Origin: an uncultured Haloferula sp.
GTDB taxonomy: Bacteria; Verrucomicrobiota; Verrucomicrobiia; Verrucomicrobiales; Akkermansiaceae
DNA length: 64,000 nucleotides
Direction of reading: 5' to 3'
NCBI GenBank assembly: GCA_965652295.1
Contig: CBFGTS010000012.1
Span: forward strand, 32,001-96,000
Every line of letters begins with the position of its first letter. The stretch's first letter is position 1. Positions 7,703 to 16,864 of the stretch are shown here, one piece after another. Made by a program: the position numbers and the translations under genes. Under the pieces are notes generated by a model. It did no database searches. It was not told the DNA's origin and saw only the letters and a program-made list of their open reading frames with translations.

Positions 7703-9055
7703 ATGAAGCTTTTTGGAACGGACGGCATTCGGGGACGGGCGAACGAGTTTCCCATCACCCCGGAGGTGGCGCTGCGTGTGGGCCAGGCGGTGGCGCAAGT
7801 CCTCCGCGCCAAGGGTCAGCGGGGAAACCGGGTCGTCGTTGGCAAAGACACCCGGATCTCCGGTTACATGCTCGAAACCGCCCTGACGGCAGGCCTGGTT
7901 TCGTCCGGCATGGACGTCTACCTCCCGGGCCCGTTGCCGACCCCGGCCATCGCTCACCTGACCAAGTCCATGGGCTGTGCCGCCGGCATCATGCTCACCG
8001 CCTCGCACAATCCGTTCGAGGATAACGGGCTGAAAATCTTCGGCCCCGACGGCTTCAAGCTGAACGACGAGCTCGAATCACTCATCGAACGCCACATCCT
8101 GGGCGAGGAGGGAGACGCCCCCGCCGTGCCGCCCGCCCGGATCGGCAAGGCCCATCGCATCGACGACGCCCGCGGCCGCTACATCGAGTATGCCAAGCAC
8201 ACCGCCGATAATATTCCGCTCCACGGGCTGAAGATCGTCGTCGATTGCGGACATGGCGCCGCATGGTTCATCGCCCCGCTCATTTTCCGGGAACTCGGGG
8301 CCGAGGTCATCAAGACCGGTTGCACTCCGGATGGGATCAACATTAACGACGGCTGCGGCGCGCTTCATCCCGAGCACGCCGGCCAGCTCGTCCGCGCCCA
8401 CGGGGCCGACCTCGGGATTTCGTTCGATGGCGACGCCGACCGCGTGATCTTCACCGACGCCACCGGCACCGCTGTCTCCGGCGACCGCATCCTTGCCCTC
8501 AGCGCGCTCGCCCTGAAGGAGCAGGGAAAACTCAAGGGCAACACCGTCGCCGTGACCGTGATGAGCAACCTCGGCTTGCATGAGGCGATGCGGAAAAACG
8601 GCATCAAAACCATCACCACCCCAGTGGGTGACCGCCACGTCATCGAGGCTCTTCGCGAAAACGACCACTCCTTCGGCGGCGAAAACTCCGGCCACCTCAT
8701 CTTCGCCGACCACGCGACGACCGGCGACGGCATTCTTTCCGCCCTGCAAGTGCTCGGCATGATGAAGCGCCGCAGCGCCACCCTGGCCGATCTCGCCAAT
8801 TGCATGACCGAGTTTCCCCAGAAACTCATCAACCTCCCCGTCGCCTCGAAGCCACCGCTTGAAACCCTGCCTGAACTCACCAAGGCCATGTCCGAAGCCG
8901 ACGCCACGTTCGGAGACGAAGGCCGGCAGCTGATCCGCTACTCCGGTACGGAAAACAAGATCCGCATCCTCGTGGAACACCGCGACGCCGCCACCGTCGA
9001 GGAATGGATCGGCCGCTTCATCCGCGTGGTCCAACAAGAACTCGGAGCCGCCTGA
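7703..9055 (+). CDS. glmM: Phosphoglucosamine mutase
   Basis: FGTDGIRG, GKDTRISGYMLE, LTASHNP, FDGDADR, GGENSGH, RYSGTE. Confidence 0.96.
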   Translation: MKLFGTDGIRGRANEFPITPEVALRVGQAVAQVLRAKGQRGNRVVVGKDTRISGYMLETALTAGLVSSGMDVYLPGPLPTPAIAHLTKSMGCAAGIMLTASHNPFEDNGLKIFGPDGFKLNDELESLIERHILGEEGDAPAVPPARIGKAHRIDDARGRYIEYAKHTADNIPLHGLKIVVDCGHGAAWFIAPLIFRELGAEVIKTGCTPDGININDGCGALHPEHAGQLVRAHGADLGISFDGDADRVIFTDATGTAVSGDRILALSALALKEQGKLKGNTVAVTVMSNLGLHEAMRKNGIKTITTPVGDRHVIEALRENDHSFGGENSGHLIFADHATTGDGILSALQVLGMMKRRSATLADLANCMTEFPQKLINLPVASKPPLETLPELTKAMSEADATFGDEGRQLIRYSGTENKIRILVEHRDAATVEEWIGRFIRVVQQELGAA

Positions 9056-9111
9056 CCTGTCAGTGGCATGACCGTCCCGGTCATGCGCCCCTGTCGCCCG
9101 AACCCACCGCC

Positions 9112-9924
9112 ATGCCCGTCCTCCTCACCCGCTCCATCCCCGATTTCCCCATCGGCAACCTCCCGCTCCGTGACCACCACGCCGGGCTGGACTCAAGATG
9201 GGCACTCCACCCGGAAGCGTGGATCTCCGCCAGCGATCTCGAACTACTAGAAGCGTCCGAGAACGCCACGTTGATCGACACCGATGGCACCCCGCTCGCA
9301 TGGTCCGGCGCGGAGCCCTCGCACGCCACCGTCACCGCCGCGGCCTCGTTTCTGATCCGCCACTCCTGGAATCTCATCCGCGCCAACGAACTCTACGTCG
9401 GATCGCTCGATGAACGCCAGATCGAGGGCGACGTCCACCCTCTTGCGGTCATCGAAGGCAGTGTACGGATCGGTCCCGGCACCCGCATTCTCCCCGGTGT
9501 CTTCATCGAAGGCAACGTCGTCATCGGAGCCAACTGCAAGATCGGTCCCAACTGCTACATCCGCGGCAACACCTCGATCGGCGACCACTGCCACGTCGGC
9601 AACGCGGTCGAGATCAAGAACTCCATTCTGCTCTCCGGCACCAATGTCGGGCACCTCTCGTACGTCGGCGATTCCATCCTCGGCGGGAAGGTCAACTTCG
9701 GTGCCGGCACCGTGACCTCCAACCTCCGCCACGACGGCAAAAACCACCGCACGCTCGTCGACGGCGACCTCATCGACACCGGTCGGCGCAAGTTCGGCAC
9801 CATCGTCGGCGACGGCGTCCACACCGGCATCAACACCTCCATCTATCCCGGCCGCAAGCTCGGACCGGGTGCCATCACTCTTCCCGGGGAAATCGTCAAC
9901 CGCGATCTCCCATCCACCATCTAA
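9112..9924 (+). CDS. Glucosamine-1-phosphate N-acetyltransferase (archaeal-GlmU-like left-handed beta-helix; no intact nucleotidyltransferase domain)
   Basis: Hexapeptide repeats; GNAVEIKNS, HLSYVGDS, NFGAGT..NLRHD, TGRRKFG; located between glmM and glmS. Confidence 0.8.
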   Translation: MPVLLTRSIPDFPIGNLPLRDHHAGLDSRWALHPEAWISASDLELLEASENATLIDTDGTPLAWSGAEPSHATVTAAASFLIRHSWNLIRANELYVGSLDERQIEGDVHPLAVIEGSVRIGPGTRILPGVFIEGNVVIGANCKIGPNCYIRGNTSIGDHCHVGNAVEIKNSILLSGTNVGHLSYVGDSILGGKVNFGAGTVTSNLRHDGKNHRTLVDGDLIDTGRRKFGTIVGDGVHTGINTSIYPGRKLGPGAITLPGEIVNRDLPSTI

Positions 9925-9944
9925 CATTCACCATCTACCATCTT
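9910..9944 (+). repeat. Heptamer tandem repeat (CCATCTA-like, 5 units)
   Basis: CCATCCA CCATCTA ACATTCA CCATCTA CCATCTT spanning the stop codon and intergenic space before glmS. Confidence 0.6.
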
Positions 9945-9950
9945 TCCAGC

Positions 9951-11792
9951 ATGTGCGGCATCGTCGGATACATCGGTAAAGCTTCGGCTCCCTCCATTCT
10001 CATCAACGGCCTCAAACGCCTCGAATACCGCGGCTACGACTCCGCCGGCCTCGCCATCGTCGAGGACGGGCGCATCATCGTCAGCAAGGCACCAGGCAAG
10101 GTAGCCTCGCTCCACGAAAAAGCCCGTGCCGACTGGCCCGCGGAGCGCTTCGCCACCTGCAACACCGGCATCGCCCACACCCGCTGGGCCACCCACGGTC
10201 CTCCGACCGAGGTCAACGCCCACCCCCACCTCGACCAGAGCGGTGACATCGCGCTGGTTCACAACGGCATCATCGAGAACTACCGCGCCCTCCGCGCCCG
10301 GCTCGAAACCAAGGGCCATCATTTCTACTCGGAGACCGACACTGAAGTCCTCTCCCACCTCATCGGAGATTGCTACAAGGGCGACCTCTTCCAGGCCGTC
10401 TGCGACGCGCTCCACCAAGTAGAGGGAACCTTCGGCATCGCCGCCATTTCCGCCACGGAGCCGGGCTGCATCATCACCGCCCGCCGTGGCAGCCCCATCG
10501 TCATCGGCGTGGGGGATGGGGAAACGATCGTCGCCTCCGACGCGTCCGCGATCATCTCCCACACCCGCCAGGTGATCTACCTCGAGGACAACGACATCGC
10601 CGTGGTCAAGGCGGACAAGGTGGAGATCCGCGACCTCGATCGCATTCCGGTCACCCGCGAGGTCGCCGAGCTCGGGTTCGACGCCGAGGCGGCGGAAAAA
10701 GGCGGTTTCGAGCACTTCATGCTCAAGGAGATCCACGAGCAGCCGGACGCCCTGCGCAACGCCATCCGCGGCCGGTTGGATTTCAATCTCGGTTCGTCCG
10801 TCCTCTCCGGAATGGGCACCTCCGCCCGCGACCTCGCCGAGATCCAGCGGGTGGTGATGGTCGGTTGCGGCACTTCGCTCCACGCCGGACTCGTCGGGGA
10901 ATACGCCTTCGAGGACCTCGCCGACATCCACGCGGAAGTCCAGCAAGCGGCCGAGTTCCGCTACCGCAATCCCCTCATCACCCGCTCCGATCTGGTCGTC
11001 GCCATTTCCCAATCCGGCGAAACGGCCGACACCCTCGCCGCCGTGCGTGAAGCCAACCAGAAGGGCGCCTTCGTCATGGGCCTGTGCAACGTGGTCGGCT
11101 CCACCATCGCCCGCGAAACCGGCCGCGGCGTCTACCTCCACGCCGGCCCGGAGATTTCCGTCGCTTCCACCAAAGCGTTTACCTGCCAGGTCGTCGTGCT
11201 GCTGATGATGGCGCTCAAGCTCGGACGCTGTCGCAGGTTTTCACGCGACGAAGGCATCCGCCTCGGCCGCGAGATCGAACGCCTGCCGGAGCTCGTGGAG
11301 AAAACCATCGCCCAGAGCGATCGCATCGCGGAGATCGCCAGGAATTACGCGGATAACGATCACGCCTTCTTCATCGGCCGTGGCTATCTCTACCCCGTGG
11401 CGCTCGAGGGCGCGCTCAAGCTGAAGGAAATCTCCTACATCCACGCGGAGGGCTACCATGCGGCCGAGCTGAAGCACGGCCCGATCGCCCTGCTCGTCGA
11501 GGGCACCCCGGTGATCGCGCTCGCGAACGACATCGCCGGCAAGGACAAGACCCTCGGCAACGTCGAAGAGTGCCGCGCCCGCGGTGCCCGCATCCTCGGC
11601 GTGATCACCGAAGGCGATACTGAAGCCGCCGAGTTCATGGACGACTGCATTGAGGTCCCTGCCTGCCACCCCTTGGTGGCCACCATTCCGACCGCCGTCG
11701 CCCTGCAGCTGCTCTCCTACCACATCGCCCGCCACCGCGGCTGCGAGATCGACCAGCCGCGCAACCTCGCCAAATCGGTCACCGTCGAGTGA
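9951..11792 (+). CDS. glmS: Glutamine--fructose-6-phosphate aminotransferase
   Basis: MCGIVG, LEYRGYDSAG, HTRWATHG, SQSGETADT, VASTKAF, LKHGPIAL, PRNLAKSVTVE. Confidence 0.98.
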   Translation: MCGIVGYIGKASAPSILINGLKRLEYRGYDSAGLAIVEDGRIIVSKAPGKVASLHEKARADWPAERFATCNTGIAHTRWATHGPPTEVNAHPHLDQSGDIALVHNGIIENYRALRARLETKGHHFYSETDTEVLSHLIGDCYKGDLFQAVCDALHQVEGTFGIAAISATEPGCIITARRGSPIVIGVGDGETIVASDASAIISHTRQVIYLEDNDIAVVKADKVEIRDLDRIPVTREVAELGFDAEAAEKGGFEHFMLKEIHEQPDALRNAIRGRLDFNLGSSVLSGMGTSARDLAEIQRVVMVGCGTSLHAGLVGEYAFEDLADIHAEVQQAAEFRYRNPLITRSDLVVAISQSGETADTLAAVREANQKGAFVMGLCNVVGSTIARETGRGVYLHAGPEISVASTKAFTCQVVVLLMMALKLGRCRRFSRDEGIRLGREIERLPELVEKTIAQSDRIAEIARNYADNDHAFFIGRGYLYPVALEGALKLKEISYIHAEGYHAAELKHGPIALLVEGTPVIALANDIAGKDKTLGNVEECRARGARILGVITEGDTEAAEFMDDCIEVPACHPLVATIPTAVALQLLSYHIARHRGCEIDQPRNLAKSVTVE

Positions 11793-11812
11793 TGGACGGC
11801 GACATTTCCGTC

Positions 11813-11952
11813 AAAAAACAAATCCCCGGACGTTAGTGGGGGTCACCAGCGTCCGGGGACTTTTATTCGGGGGAATGGGCTTCCTTTGCTAATTGGGGGG
11901 ACAACAGGAAGCTTGGCGTCTTCGTGAATCACCTTGGTGCCTCGCGAAGACG
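11813..11952 (-). ncRNA. Candidate small RNA with four hairpins, three of them with CCCC loops
   Basis: Minus-strand promoter-like ATGCAC-17-CATGGT 6 nt before hairpin 1; stems at 11917-11952, 11879-11912, 11865-11876 and 11823-11859; U-tract at 11813-11822. Confidence 0.55.
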
Positions 11953-12064
11953 GGCGAACCATGACCCCTGACTCGCGTCCGTGCATTACGTGATCGCGTA
12001 GCCAGCCTCTCCCGCGCGTCTCGGAGGGCTTGTCGTCGGCGGTCGATCCGTCACGATGGCGGCG

Positions 12065-12874
12065 ATGCATGGCTATCTGGATCTCCTCCGCGACGTTTTG
12101 GAAAATGGCGAACGCCGCGCCGACCGCACCGGAACGGGCACTCTGTCCGTCTTTGGACGTCAGGCCCGCTACGACCTGCGGGAAGGCTTTCCCTGCCTCA
12201 CCACCAAGAAGCTCCATCTCCGCTCCATCATCCACGAGCTGCTCTGGTTTCTGAAAGGCGAGACAAACATCGCCTACCTCAAGGAAAACGGCGTCCGCAT
12301 CTGGGACGAATGGGCTGATGAAAACGGTGACCTCGGCCCGGTTTACGGTCGCCAATGGCGATCGTTTCCAAGCCCCGACGGGCGGCATGTCGACCAAATC
12401 GCGGAGCTCGTCCATGGTCTGCGCGGCGACCCGCATTCGCGCCGGCATCTGGTCGTAGCCTGGAACCCCGGCGAGATGAACCGGATGGCTCTGCCGCCCT
12501 GCCACTGCCTGTTCCAGTTCTTTGTCCACGAGCCGGACTCCGACCGCCCGGGCCTTTCCTGCCAGCTCTACCAGCGCTCGGCCGATCTCTTCCTCGGCGT
12601 GCCCTTCAACATCGCCTCCTACGCCCTGCTCACCCTGATGCTCGCCCGGATCTGCGGCTACGAGGCCCGCGAGTTCATCCACACCTTCGGCGACCTCCAC
12701 CTCTATTCCAACCACCTCGAACAGGCCCGCGAACAACTCAGCCGCGAGCCCCGCAAGCTGCCCGTGATGACGATCAACCCCGAGGTGAAGGAACTCGACG
12801 ACTTCCGCTTCGAGGACTTCGAGCTGACCGGCTACGATCCCCACCCGCACATCAAGGCCGATGTCTCCGTTTGA
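12065..12874 (+). CDS. thyA: Thymidylate synthase
   Basis: [45 protein letters not shown]; start 12065 or 12056. Confidence 0.97.
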   Translation: MHGYLDLLRDVLENGERRADRTGTGTLSVFGRQARYDLREGFPCLTTKKLHLRSIIHELLWFLKGETNIAYLKENGVRIWDEWADENGDLGPVYGRQWRSFPSPDGRHVDQIAELVHGLRGDPHSRRHLVVAWNPGEMNRMALPPCHCLFQFFVHEPDSDRPGLSCQLYQRSADLFLGVPFNIASYALLTLMLARICGYEAREFIHTFGDLHLYSNHLEQAREQLSREPRKLPVMTINPEVKELDDFRFEDFELTGYDPHPHIKADVSV

Positions 12875-12875
12875 A

Positions 12876-13352
12876 ATGAAACTCATCGCCATCGTCGCCA
12901 TGACGTCCGAGCGGGTGATCGGCCGCAACGGCACCCTGCCTTGGCACCTCCCCGAGGACCTCGCTTTCTTCAAGCGCACCACTTCCGGCCATCCCATCGT
13001 CATGGGACGCACCACCTTCGAATCCATCGGTCGACCGTTGCCGAAACGCCGCAACATCGTGCTCACGCGCGACCCCGGCTGGCAGACTGACGGGGTCGAG
13101 GTGATCCACTCACCCGAAGAGCTCGGTCGACTCGGCCTCGAGGGCGACGTCTTCATTATCGGCGGCTCACAGGTCTACGCCGCGTTCCTGCCGGAGATCG
13201 ACGAAATGCTCGTCTCCCACGTGCATCACCCCCACCCCGGCGACACCCATCTACCGGAGTTCGAATCCCGGTTCAGCGAGCCTGAGATTCTCGAAACCCA
13301 CCCCGGTTTCGAAGTCCGGCGCTACCAGCGCAAGCGTACGCTTGAAACTTGA
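12876..13352 (+). CDS. folA: Dihydrofolate reductase
   Basis: VIG..G.LPWHLPEDL.FFK, MGRTTFESIGRPLPKRRNIVL, IIGG; immediately follows thyA. Confidence 0.95.
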   Translation: MKLIAIVAMTSERVIGRNGTLPWHLPEDLAFFKRTTSGHPIVMGRTTFESIGRPLPKRRNIVLTRDPGWQTDGVEVIHSPEELGRLGLEGDVFIIGGSQVYAAFLPEIDEMLVSHVHHPHPGDTHLPEFESRFSEPEILETHPGFEVRRYQRKRTLET

Positions 13353-13377
13353 AAGCTGACACGAGAGAGTCCCGCGC

Positions 13378-13758
13378 ATGGCCCAGTCCTTCGAGCTTAC
13401 CGGAACCCTCAAACAGCTTTTCGACGTCCAAACCTTCTCCAGCGGATTCACCAAGCGTGAGTTCGTAGTGGAAGTCCCCGACGGCAACTACCCCCAGATG
13501 GTGAAGTTCGAAATCGTGAAGGACCGCATCAGCCAGCTCGACGGCTTTTCCGTGGGCGATGAGGTCAAAGTCGCCTTCGACATCCGGGGCAACGAATACA
13601 AGGAGCGCTTCTACGTGAACCTCAACGCCTGGAAGCTCGAGCGCACGGGTGGAGCACCCTCCGCTTCCGCCCCCACCGACACCTCGGACCGCGCCCCCAG
13701 CTCTCTCGACTCGTCCTTCGATAACGAGCCGGACGAATCCGACGAGATCCCGTTCTGA
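13378..13758 (+). CDS. DUF3127 family OB-fold protein (SSB-like, acidic C-terminus ending DEIPF)
   Basis: FTKREFVV..YPQ.VKFE..GDEVKV.FDIRG.E...FYVNLNAWKLE. Confidence 0.85.
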   Translation: MAQSFELTGTLKQLFDVQTFSSGFTKREFVVEVPDGNYPQMVKFEIVKDRISQLDGFSVGDEVKVAFDIRGNEYKERFYVNLNAWKLERTGGAPSASAPTDTSDRAPSSLDSSFDNEPDESDEIPF

Positions 13759-13782
13759 GTGGCGCAAACCTCCAGGTTTGTG
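13759..13782 (+). repeat. REP-like palindrome
   Basis: GTGG head followed by hairpin CGCAAACCT-CC-AGGTTTGTG, directly after a stop codon. Confidence 0.4.
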
Positions 13783-13934
13783 AGAGGAACGCTCGTCTGC
13801 GACGGGCCGCCCTCCGTCAGGCTTCGCCTACTCTGCTCCCCTCCGCAGCCCAAGCAACAAAACGATTGGAGAGAGAGACGCGGCCCTCTCGGGCAGGCCG
13901 CTGGCCCACCCACGCTGGCCCACCCATCCTCTCC

Positions 13935-15185
13935 CTATCCAGAGGATCGCGCCACTTCCTCCACCGAGCGTCGGATCAAATCCAACGCGCTCTGACTCAC
14001 CGCGCGTTTGAAACCCTTGCGATCGCGCGGGTGGAGCTGGTGATGCACCACCGTCTCGCTTCCTTTGCGAGCGAGCGCAACAAACACGGTGCCCACCGGC
14101 TTCTCTTCGCTGCCGCCGCCGGGTCCGGCGATGCCGGTGACAGAGACAGCCACGTCCGCTCCCGAAACTCGCAAAGCGCCCTCCGCCATCTGACGGGCCA
14201 CCGTCTCGCTCACCGCGCCATGCGCCGCGAGATCGGATTCGGACACTCCCAGCTCGGCGATTTTGGCTGCGTTCGCGTAGGTCACCCAGCCATGCGTCAG
14301 CACCTCGCTGGCTCCGGGCACATCGGTGATGCGGCTGGAGATCAGCCCGCCCGTGCAGCTTTCCGCCGTGGCAAGCTTGAGCCCCAGCGAGGCGAGGCGT
14401 TTCACCACGACTTCTTCCAGGCTTTCCCCTGCTTCTGAAAAGCAATCCGCGCCGAACTCCGCCATCACCCGCGCCCGCCCTGCTGCAATCGCAGCGCTGT
14501 GCCCGATGAGCCGTACGTCCACTTCCCCCAGGCGCGCGCAGTAGCCGACTTCCAGGCCGTCGATTTCCGCCAGGTCCGCATCCACCCCCTGATGCAGGTC
14601 ACTCTCCCCGACCCGCGAGAAGGTCATCTGCAGCATGCTTTCCGTCCTGACCCCGCCCGCCAGCGCCCGCAGCTTCGGGACGACCTCGGCCTCCCACATC
14701 GGGTAAAGTTCCCGGGGCGGCCCGGGCAACAGGATGAGCGCACAATTCGCAGCCCCGTTGAGCCTCGGCGGGATATAGATCCCGGGTGCCGTCCCGTTCG
14801 GATTCGGCAGCACCTCGGCTCCTACCGGAACCTGGGCTTGCTTCCGGTTGTCCGGTGCCATCGGACGCCCGCGCTTCGCGAAAAACGCCTCCAGGGAGCG
14901 CAGAGCGGCCTCGTCCTCGATCAGCTCGATCCCGGCGACCGCCGCCGCCGCCTCTCGCGTGATGTCATCGCTCGTCGGCCCCAGCCCCCCGGTCACGATC
15001 ACCACGTCAGCCCGGCGCACGCACTCCTCCAACGCTCCTCGGATCGCTTCACCGTCCGGCACCGTGACCTGTCGGGAAACCCGCAGCCCCAGCTTGAACA
15101 GCTCCTGGCCCATCCATTGCCCGTGGGTGTTCAGCCGGGTTCCCAGCAGCAGCTCGCTGCCGGTATTGAGAATCTCGATCTTCAC
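13935..15185 (-). CDS. cinA: CinA family protein (molybdopterin-binding domain + NMN deamidase PncC)
   Basis: GSELLLG..LNTH, TGGLGPTSDDITR, NPNGTAPG, LPGPPRE, AESCTGG, SVTGIAGPGGGS..KPVGTV; GTG start 15185. Confidence 0.93.
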   Translation of the reverse strand: MKIEILNTGSELLLGTRLNTHGQWMGQELFKLGLRVSRQVTVPDGEAIRGALEECVRRADVVIVTGGLGPTSDDITREAAAAVAGIELIEDEAALRSLEAFFAKRGRPMAPDNRKQAQVPVGAEVLPNPNGTAPGIYIPPRLNGAANCALILLPGPPRELYPMWEAEVVPKLRALAGGVRTESMLQMTFSRVGESDLHQGVDADLAEIDGLEVGYCARLGEVDVRLIGHSAAIAAGRARVMAEFGADCFSEAGESLEEVVVKRLASLGLKLATAESCTGGLISSRITDVPGASEVLTHGWVTYANAAKIAELGVSESDLAAHGAVSETVARQMAEGALRVSGADVAVSVTGIAGPGGGSEEKPVGTVFVALARKGSETVVHHQLHPRDRKGFKRAVSQSALDLIRRSVEEVARSSG

Positions 15186-15236
15186 GCCGGGTTTCCTACG
15201 CCAACCCGCGGCCATGTCCACTCCCGGACCAGGGAA

Positions 15237-15599
15237 TCACTCCCACTCGACCGGCTTGGCATCGCCCCACAGGCGCTCAAGACCGTAGTAGTCCCGCATT
15301 TCCTCGTGCATCACGTGGACCATCACATCGATGTAATCCAGCACCACCCAGCGGGTGTCGGCCTTGCCTTCCGCATTCACCGGCATCGCGCCGGTCCAGT
15401 CCTTCACGTGGCCCCTCACATCCCGCAGGATCGCACGCAGGTGGGGCATCGAGGAACCCGAGCACACCACCATGAAGTCCGTGAGCGACGAAAGCCCGCG
15501 CAGGTCCCAGACGCGGATGTTCTCCGCTTGGATTTCTTCGGCCGCCTTGGCGCATGCCACGGCGAGGTCTTTTCCTTTCGCTTCCTTCGTCATTTTCAA
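15237..15599 (-). CDS. rsfS: Ribosome silencing factor (Iojap)
   Basis: DLRGLSSLTDFMVVCSGSS, WVVLDYIDVMVHVM..RDYYGLERLW. Confidence 0.93.
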   Translation of the reverse strand: MKMTKEAKGKDLAVACAKAAEEIQAENIRVWDLRGLSSLTDFMVVCSGSSMPHLRAILRDVRGHVKDWTGAMPVNAEGKADTRWVVLDYIDVMVHVMHEEMRDYYGLERLWGDAKPVEWE

Positions 15600-15645
15600 A
15601 ATTTGGAACAGCCTACGATCCGATCGGACCAGAGCCAGTGAAATC

Positions 15646-16341
15646 CTAGTCTTCCTTTTTCTCCCACACCCGGTTCCTCAGAGCCTCGGCCGCCGCGCGT
15701 GCTTCGGCTTCCTTCTTGCTCTTGCCGCGCCCCTGCGCCAGCTCGAGCCCGCACCACGCGACGCGTGCTTGGAACACCTTGCGGTGGTCCGGCCCGCTTT
15801 CGCTGAGAATTTCGTATTCCGGAGCCTCCGGACGCAATGCCTGGAGGCTTTCCTGCAACTCGCCCTTCGGGTTTTTCTCCTCCGGACTCCCGGCCAGCGC
15901 CTCGATCTCCTTCTGGAAAAGCCTCAGCACCAGCTCGCGCGCCGCATCGAAGCCGCCGTCCATGTAAACCGCTCCGATCAGTGCCTCGAAGGCATCCGCG
16001 AGGGTCGAGGTCCGGCGCCTTCCTCCGGTCGCTTCCTCTCCCTTACCCAAAAGCACGTAGGCTCCGAGGTCGATGGTCAGCGCGAATCTCGCCAAAGCCC
16101 GCCGGGAAACCAACCGCGAACGCAGCTTCGTCAGGATCCCTTCCGGAAAGTCCGGGAACATGCGGAAAAGGTCTTCCGTGAGGATCAGCTGGAGGACCGC
16201 GTCGCCGAGAAACTCAAGCCGCTGGTTGTCGAAATGCGGCCGCCTGGACTCATACGCCAGGCTCGGGTGGGTCATCGCCTCCGCCAGCAGGAAGGAATTG
16301 CGGAATTTGTAGCCGAGTCGGCTCTCGAGATTGTGCTCCAT
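15646..16341 (-). CDS. rnc: Ribonuclease III
   Basis: AMTHPS, NQRLEFLGDAVL, ADAFEALIGAVYMDGG, C-terminal dsRBD (GPDH..F, GKSKKEAE). Confidence 0.97.
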   Translation of the reverse strand: MEHNLESRLGYKFRNSFLLAEAMTHPSLAYESRRPHFDNQRLEFLGDAVLQLILTEDLFRMFPDFPEGILTKLRSRLVSRRALARFALTIDLGAYVLLGKGEEATGGRRRTSTLADAFEALIGAVYMDGGFDAARELVLRLFQKEIEALAGSPEEKNPKGELQESLQALRPEAPEYEILSESGPDHRKVFQARVAWCGLELAQGRGKSKKEAEARAAAEALRNRVWEKKED

Positions 16342-16400
16342 GGTCTAGATCGGCCCATCGCCTCTTCCTCCCGGAACCCAGGGGTTCCCGATGGAAAAGG

Positions 16401-16477
16401 TGGGGTGACCGACGGGACTCGAACCCGCGACAACCGGAATCACAATCCGGGGCTCTACCAACTGAGCTACGGTCACC
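16401..16477 (-). tRNA. tRNA-His (anticodon GTG) with G-1
   Basis: Reverse complement GGTGACCGTAGCTCAGTTGGTAGAGCCCCGGATTGTGATTCCGGTTGTCGCGGGTTCGAGTCCCGTCGGTCACCCCA. Confidence 0.97.
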
Positions 16478-16567
16478 GTTACTTTCGGCGGCCGGGAGAC
16501 CTATGTTGCCTTTTCCTCTTTGGAAAGAGAAAAAACCCATGCAGCCTGAAACTTTTTCCCTCTCGCC

Positions 16568-16864
16568 ATGGAAGAACCCCACCGCCATCCCATCACATCC
16601 GAGCTGGACCTCCACACCTTCCGGCCCAACGAACTCGGCGACCTCCTGCCGGAGTATTTCCACGAATGCCTCAGCCACGGTATCCGCTCCGTCCGCGTGA
16701 TCCATGGCAAGGGCACCGGCACCCTGCGCGAAGGCGTCCATGCCCTGCTCCGGCGGTTACCCGAGGTGGAGACGTTCCACTACCCCGCCACCACCGGCGG
16801 CTGGGGTGCCACCCAGGTCATCCTGCGCGAGCCATCAGCCAGCACAGGTCCGACAGGCGATTGA
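16568..16864 (+). CDS. Stand-alone Smr/MutS2 domain protein
   Basis: ELDLHTF, VRVIHGKGTGTLR, GGWGAT. Confidence 0.9.
   Translation: MEEPHRHPITSELDLHTFRPNELGDLLPEYFHECLSHGIRSVRVIHGKGTGTLREGVHALLRRLPEVETFHYPATTGGWGATQVILREPSASTGPTGD

Noticed and set aside
9925..9950. glmS ribozyme upstream of glmS
   Set aside because: Only 26 nt of intergenic space, occupied by heptamer repeats; no room for the ribozyme.
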